A stretch of 63,943 nt of DNA, the filler included, from Folioceros fuciformis (lineage: Eukaryota), in assembly GCA_049999805.1 (NCBI GenBank). It is 5 parts of 5 records of this genome, joined end to end, with 100 filler letters (N's around TTAATTAATTAA, not from the genome) between each part and the next. Parts side by side here need not be neighbours in the genome. Positions count along the whole stretch, not along the records: positions 59,313 to 63,943 come from JBNGIO010006051.1; 4 more parts are not named here. One strand, written 5' to 3'. Positions 59,567 through 63,943 of this stretch are shown in pieces. How positions within the stretch are numbered: the stretch's first letter is position 1; the number at the start of each line of letters is the position of its first letter. Below the pieces are notes generated by a model. The model was not told the DNA's origin. It made no database searches and was given only the letters and a program-made list of their open reading frames with translations. A program made the translations under genes and the position numbers.

Positions 59567-62500
59567 ATGGCAGCATCAGCATCCATGCCTTCTTTTACCT
59601 CAGAACTTAAAGAGAAAGATAGGTTTAAAGGATAGGGTTACTCAATATAAAGAGTCTGCATGAGAAGCATGCTTGTTGCTCGTGGTGTTTGAGCCGTTGT
59701 GGATGGAACTTGCAAGAAACCAGTATAGACAGCTAATCCTCCGCCCACTGCCAATGACATTGCCAAGTGGGATTTGCTCAATGGCATTGCCATGGCTCTC
59801 CTTATCGAAGGCTTAGACGCTGACCTTGTTCCTGAAGTCGAATTCTTCACTACTGCAGCTGAGATCTGGAACTAGCTTGAAAAGACATACCAAGTTCAGA
59901 ACATGATGACTCTCTACGCAGTTCGGCAAGAGTTCTATGCACTTAAAATGAGAGAAGGTGACAAGGTGGCAGCTCATACCAGCAGATTTCATCATCTGCG
60001 GGAACAGATGGCATCTATGACCGGAGAAAAAATGTCCGAAGTTGATGCTGTTGCCCAGTTGCTAACCAGTCTTCCCGTCTCTTACCAAGCATTTGTTACA
60101 AGCCAAAATGGACCCATTCGGACAGCACATACTACGACTTCCTCTGGTCAACCTGTGACCGTCACTCTAGAAGAAGTGATTGGTGCATTGTTCCAGGAGG
60201 AGCAAAGCCGCGCATTCTCTCCTGGTGTTCCTAAGAGCAAAGCAGAGAAGGTGTTAGCCGCAAATTTTCATTCATCTAATGGCAAGAACAAATTCAAAGG
60301 GGGACACAACACCTTTCGACAACAGAAAGGCGAATCCTCCGACACCAAACGGCTAGGTTCCTGCAATTGGTGTGGGACCCCTGGCCACTGGGCAAGAGAA
60401 TGCCGAAAGAGAAAGGCAGGTGAGCCTCAGAAGCAACCTAAACCTGCCGCGAGCGTGGCAGTCAAGGATAAGTCAAGCAATTCCAAGGCATCTGTGAGGA
60501 TCCTTACCATCTGCTTGTCAAGCTCTTTGCAAGATAAAGGCTGCTGGTACCTTGATTCTAGCGCCACCACTCACATTTGTAGAGATAGGAAGTTGTTTAC
60601 TTCCCTCAACCTTGTTCATGTCCATTACAAGGTTCTTCTTGGTGATGAATAGTCCAAGACAAGTCTGCAGATAGAAGGTCGAGGCACATGTGTGTTTATG
60701 CTGCATGATCACACACACCTCATGTTAGAAGATGTTCTCTTCGTACCAGGCATGGCCAAGAACCTCATGTCGTTGAGTCAAGTCATGAGATCACGTACCT
60801 TCCTAATGCATGCAGACTTTCAGACTTGCTGTTTTTACAGAAAACAGTCTCCTAATAGATGTGTCTTCAAAGGCATTTTAGAAAATGACCTGTACAGATT
60901 AGACATAACGTGTAACAAGCAACCTGTCCAGCATGCTGCACATTCAACAGGGACTAGATCACCTAGTTTCCAGTAAGAGGCCATGCTGTGGCATGCTCGC
61001 TTGGGGCATGTCAATCGCTCCAAGCTGATAGACATGTCTATCACAGAATGTCATCGTGAGCCCCTTCCCAAGTGTTTCAAAGATCTGCCCGTGTGCGAGT
61101 CCTGCATATTGGCGAAGCAGAAAGCGTCTCCCTTTTTTACTGCCCCTACACATAGGGCAGCACAAGTCCTTGGTTTAGTTCATGCCGACATCTCAGGGAA
61201 AATCCAGAAACCATCCTTAGGAGGTTCTCAATACTTTTTCACCTTGACAGATGATTATAGTAGATATACCTAGACATTCCCGATGCAGCTGAAGAGTGAC
61301 ACACTCTCTTTTTTCAAAGACTGGCTAATTACTGTATAGAGATAGTCTGGAATGCTACTCAAGGTGCTCAGAACTAACAACGGGACAAAATTTGTGAACC
61401 AAGCCTTCGACGAGTTGCTGCAAGAACATGGAGTTCTACGCCAACTCACTATCCCCTACACGCCACAACAAAAAGGCGTGTCAGAACGGAAAAACCAAAC
61501 TCTTCTGGCAATGACTCGAAGCATGCTCATTTGGGCTGGATTACCTCAAGGTTATTGGGCAGAGGCCATCATTACTGTAACGTACATCCTGAACAGGGTG
61601 CTGACAAGCTCCTTTCCACATATGACTCCTTACGAGGTTTTCTGGTCTCGCAAGCCAAGCCTGCTACATTTGAAGGTCTTTGGATCTCGAGCCTTTGCAC
61701 ACATCCCAATTGAAAAAAGGAAGAAGCTTGATCCTCGAGCACATATCCTTATTTTTGTTGGGTACAATGAAACAACAAAAGCGTATAAGCTGGTCAACGC
61801 AGATACTGGGTCCATTGTGCTCGCACGTAGTGTGACCTTCCTTGAACTCGCAGTTCCAGCATCTGTTATGGACAGCAACAGCTTACCCTAGATTTCTTCA
61901 GATGTGGATGCCCTTGCAGCCTTAGATCTTGATGCCTGTGATTGTCCTCTGGACGACATGGAGCAAGCTGTTCTTTTGCGTGACCACAGTTTACTTGCTC
62001 CAGATCCAAACGTAGGCCCTGCTCCAGTCCCTGTCAACCTTGGATTAGGACATCAGCCTGACCCCTTTTTGCCTGACGACGAGGGGGCCCTTCTAGATGC
62101 AGAGGGGGTGCCTAACCAGGGTGCAGCAGATGCTGCTGATGCTGTCGATCCACCTTATCCTGATGTTGAGCCTGATGACCCACAACTAGATGAGCCTACA
62201 CCCGAACCCAACCTAGGGCTCAGGAGGTCTACACGACGTCGGCCACCACCTTCAGAATGGAATGAACCCCACTATCAGTCAATGGATTTTAGAACACATC
62301 TTGTTCCAGGCCTTGCTGCGAGCACTGTTCTACCCGATGAGCCTACCAGCCTTTCCCAAGCCTTCAATGGCCCTGAACATGTGCAATGGAAGGCAGCAGT
62401 GGAGGATGAATATCAGTCGCTTGTGAAGAACAACATCTGGATTCTTGCCTACCTTCCACCAGGCCGCAAGGCCATATCCTGCAAGTGGGTGTTCAAGCTC

Positions 62501-63943
62501 AAGCTGAATGCAAAAGGGGAAGTTGCCTGTTTTAAAGCTCGACTTGTGGCCAGAGGGTTCACGCAAGTGGAGGGGCTCGACTACCAGGAGACATTCTCAC
62601 TTGTAGTTCGCAGTCAATCCATCCGGTTTATACTTGCCTATGCCACAGAATTTGATCTCCATCTTCAGCAGATGGACGTGTGCACGGCTTTTCTGTATGG
62701 AGCTCTTGATGAAGAATTATACATGCTCCAGCCAGAGGCCTATGAGGATTCTGCACATTCCCACAAGGTGTTAAAACTCTTGAAATGCATATATGGTTTG
62801 AAACAAAGCGGGAGAGTGTGGTATATCACCATGCATCTATATCTACTCAGCATAGATTTTGTTCAGAACACAGCTGATACCAATGTTTATAAGCTTTCCC
62901 AAGGATCCTCTATTGTGCTTCTGGCTCTGTATGTGGACGATGTTGTCCTTGCCACAAATGATCAAGCACAGTTGTCAATAGTCAAGCAAAAACTTAACGA
63001 CAAGTTTGACATGAAAGATATTGGTGAACTAAAGTTTTGTTTGGGTATACAGCTGCTACGAGTCAGGGATGCAGGCTTGATGTTCATACACCAGTACACG
63101 TATGTAAACGAGATACTTAAGAAGTTCAATCTCAATCAAGCACAGCCAGCGACCACACCCTATGCAATTGGTACCAAGCTAACATTTTCACAGTGCCCAC
63201 ATACATTGGATGAGATCAAAGACATGGAAGACACACCTTACAGGCACACAGTTGGCAGCCTACTCTTCGTTGCCAACTAGACCACGCCAGACATACAATA
63301 TGCAGTCAGTATAGTTTCGCAGTTTCTTGAGAATCCTAGGAGAGCGCACTGGACGGTTGTGAAAAGGATCTTCCGCTACCTCAAGGGCACACATAAATAT
63401 GGTCTCATGTATAAACGCAGTGGTGCATCCTAGCTTACTCTGTACGGATTTATAGATGCTGACTGGGCCTCGGACTCTGACTCTCGGCAAAGCTTGTCGA
63501 CATATTGTTTTCTCCTTGATTCAGCTGCCGTCAACTGGAGTAGTAAAAAACAGCCTTCCATGGCTCTGAGCTCCACTGAGGCAGAATACAAGTCTATGAC
63601 CGAGGCAGCCAAAGAAGCTGAGTGGGAGCATAGCTTCCTTGCTGATCTTGGCCAGGTTCAGCATCACCCTACTTTAATCCTCTGCGACAACATGTCGGCA
63701 CTTGAGTTAGTGGCCAAGCCTACCTTTCACGCCAGAACCAAACACATCGAGATATTGTATCTCGATGTTGTTGCTCGTGGTGTTATCAAGGTGGGATATA
63801 TTTGCACAGATGACAATACCGCTGACATCTTAACCAAAGGGCTACCCAAGCACAAGTATTATGTTCACATGCAAGGGTTAGGTGTTCACGATTTCTCTAC
63901 CCATATCGATCAATGAGGACACTTATTTGTTTTGGGGGGGAAG
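59567..63943 (+). mobile_element. Ty1/copia element E internal region (gag-pol 59567-63916 with many in-frame stops; PPT about 63933-63943)
   Basis: EKDRFKG, CNWCGTPGHWAREC, WYLDS.AT, WHARLGH, YVDDV, ADILTKGL; G-run right after the stop. Confidence 0.93.

Overview
This is a TE-rich land-plant nuclear sequence, probably from a seed-free plant. A PPR gene with a 'PGQSWW' box points to a hornwort, but that is inference. The window is not contiguous: four N44-TTAATTAATTAA-N44 artificial linkers (28287-28386, 41306-41405, 54403-54502, 59213-59312) join five separate scaffolds, and there are six N100 gaps. Contents: a decayed TORNADO1-like ROCO gene, two L1 LINEs, five Ty1/copia elements plus copia fragments, an intact 3-exon At4g22758/DUF7054-like gene, a hAT transposase remnant, a PLS-class PPR gene and a KH-domain gene whose unannotated N-terminus carries WG/GW motifs. 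The most notable observation is a pseudogenised, prokaryote-type beta-class N4-C/N6-A DNA methyltransferase at about 26564-27768 (-). It is split over four small ORFs, bracketed by 22-bp inverted repeats and lies next to the hAT remnant. Second, a copia lineage carries an extra coiled-coil ORF upstream of gag (3 elements) and an antisense ORF downstream of pol (2 elements). All family assignments are by motif recognition; no searches were run.
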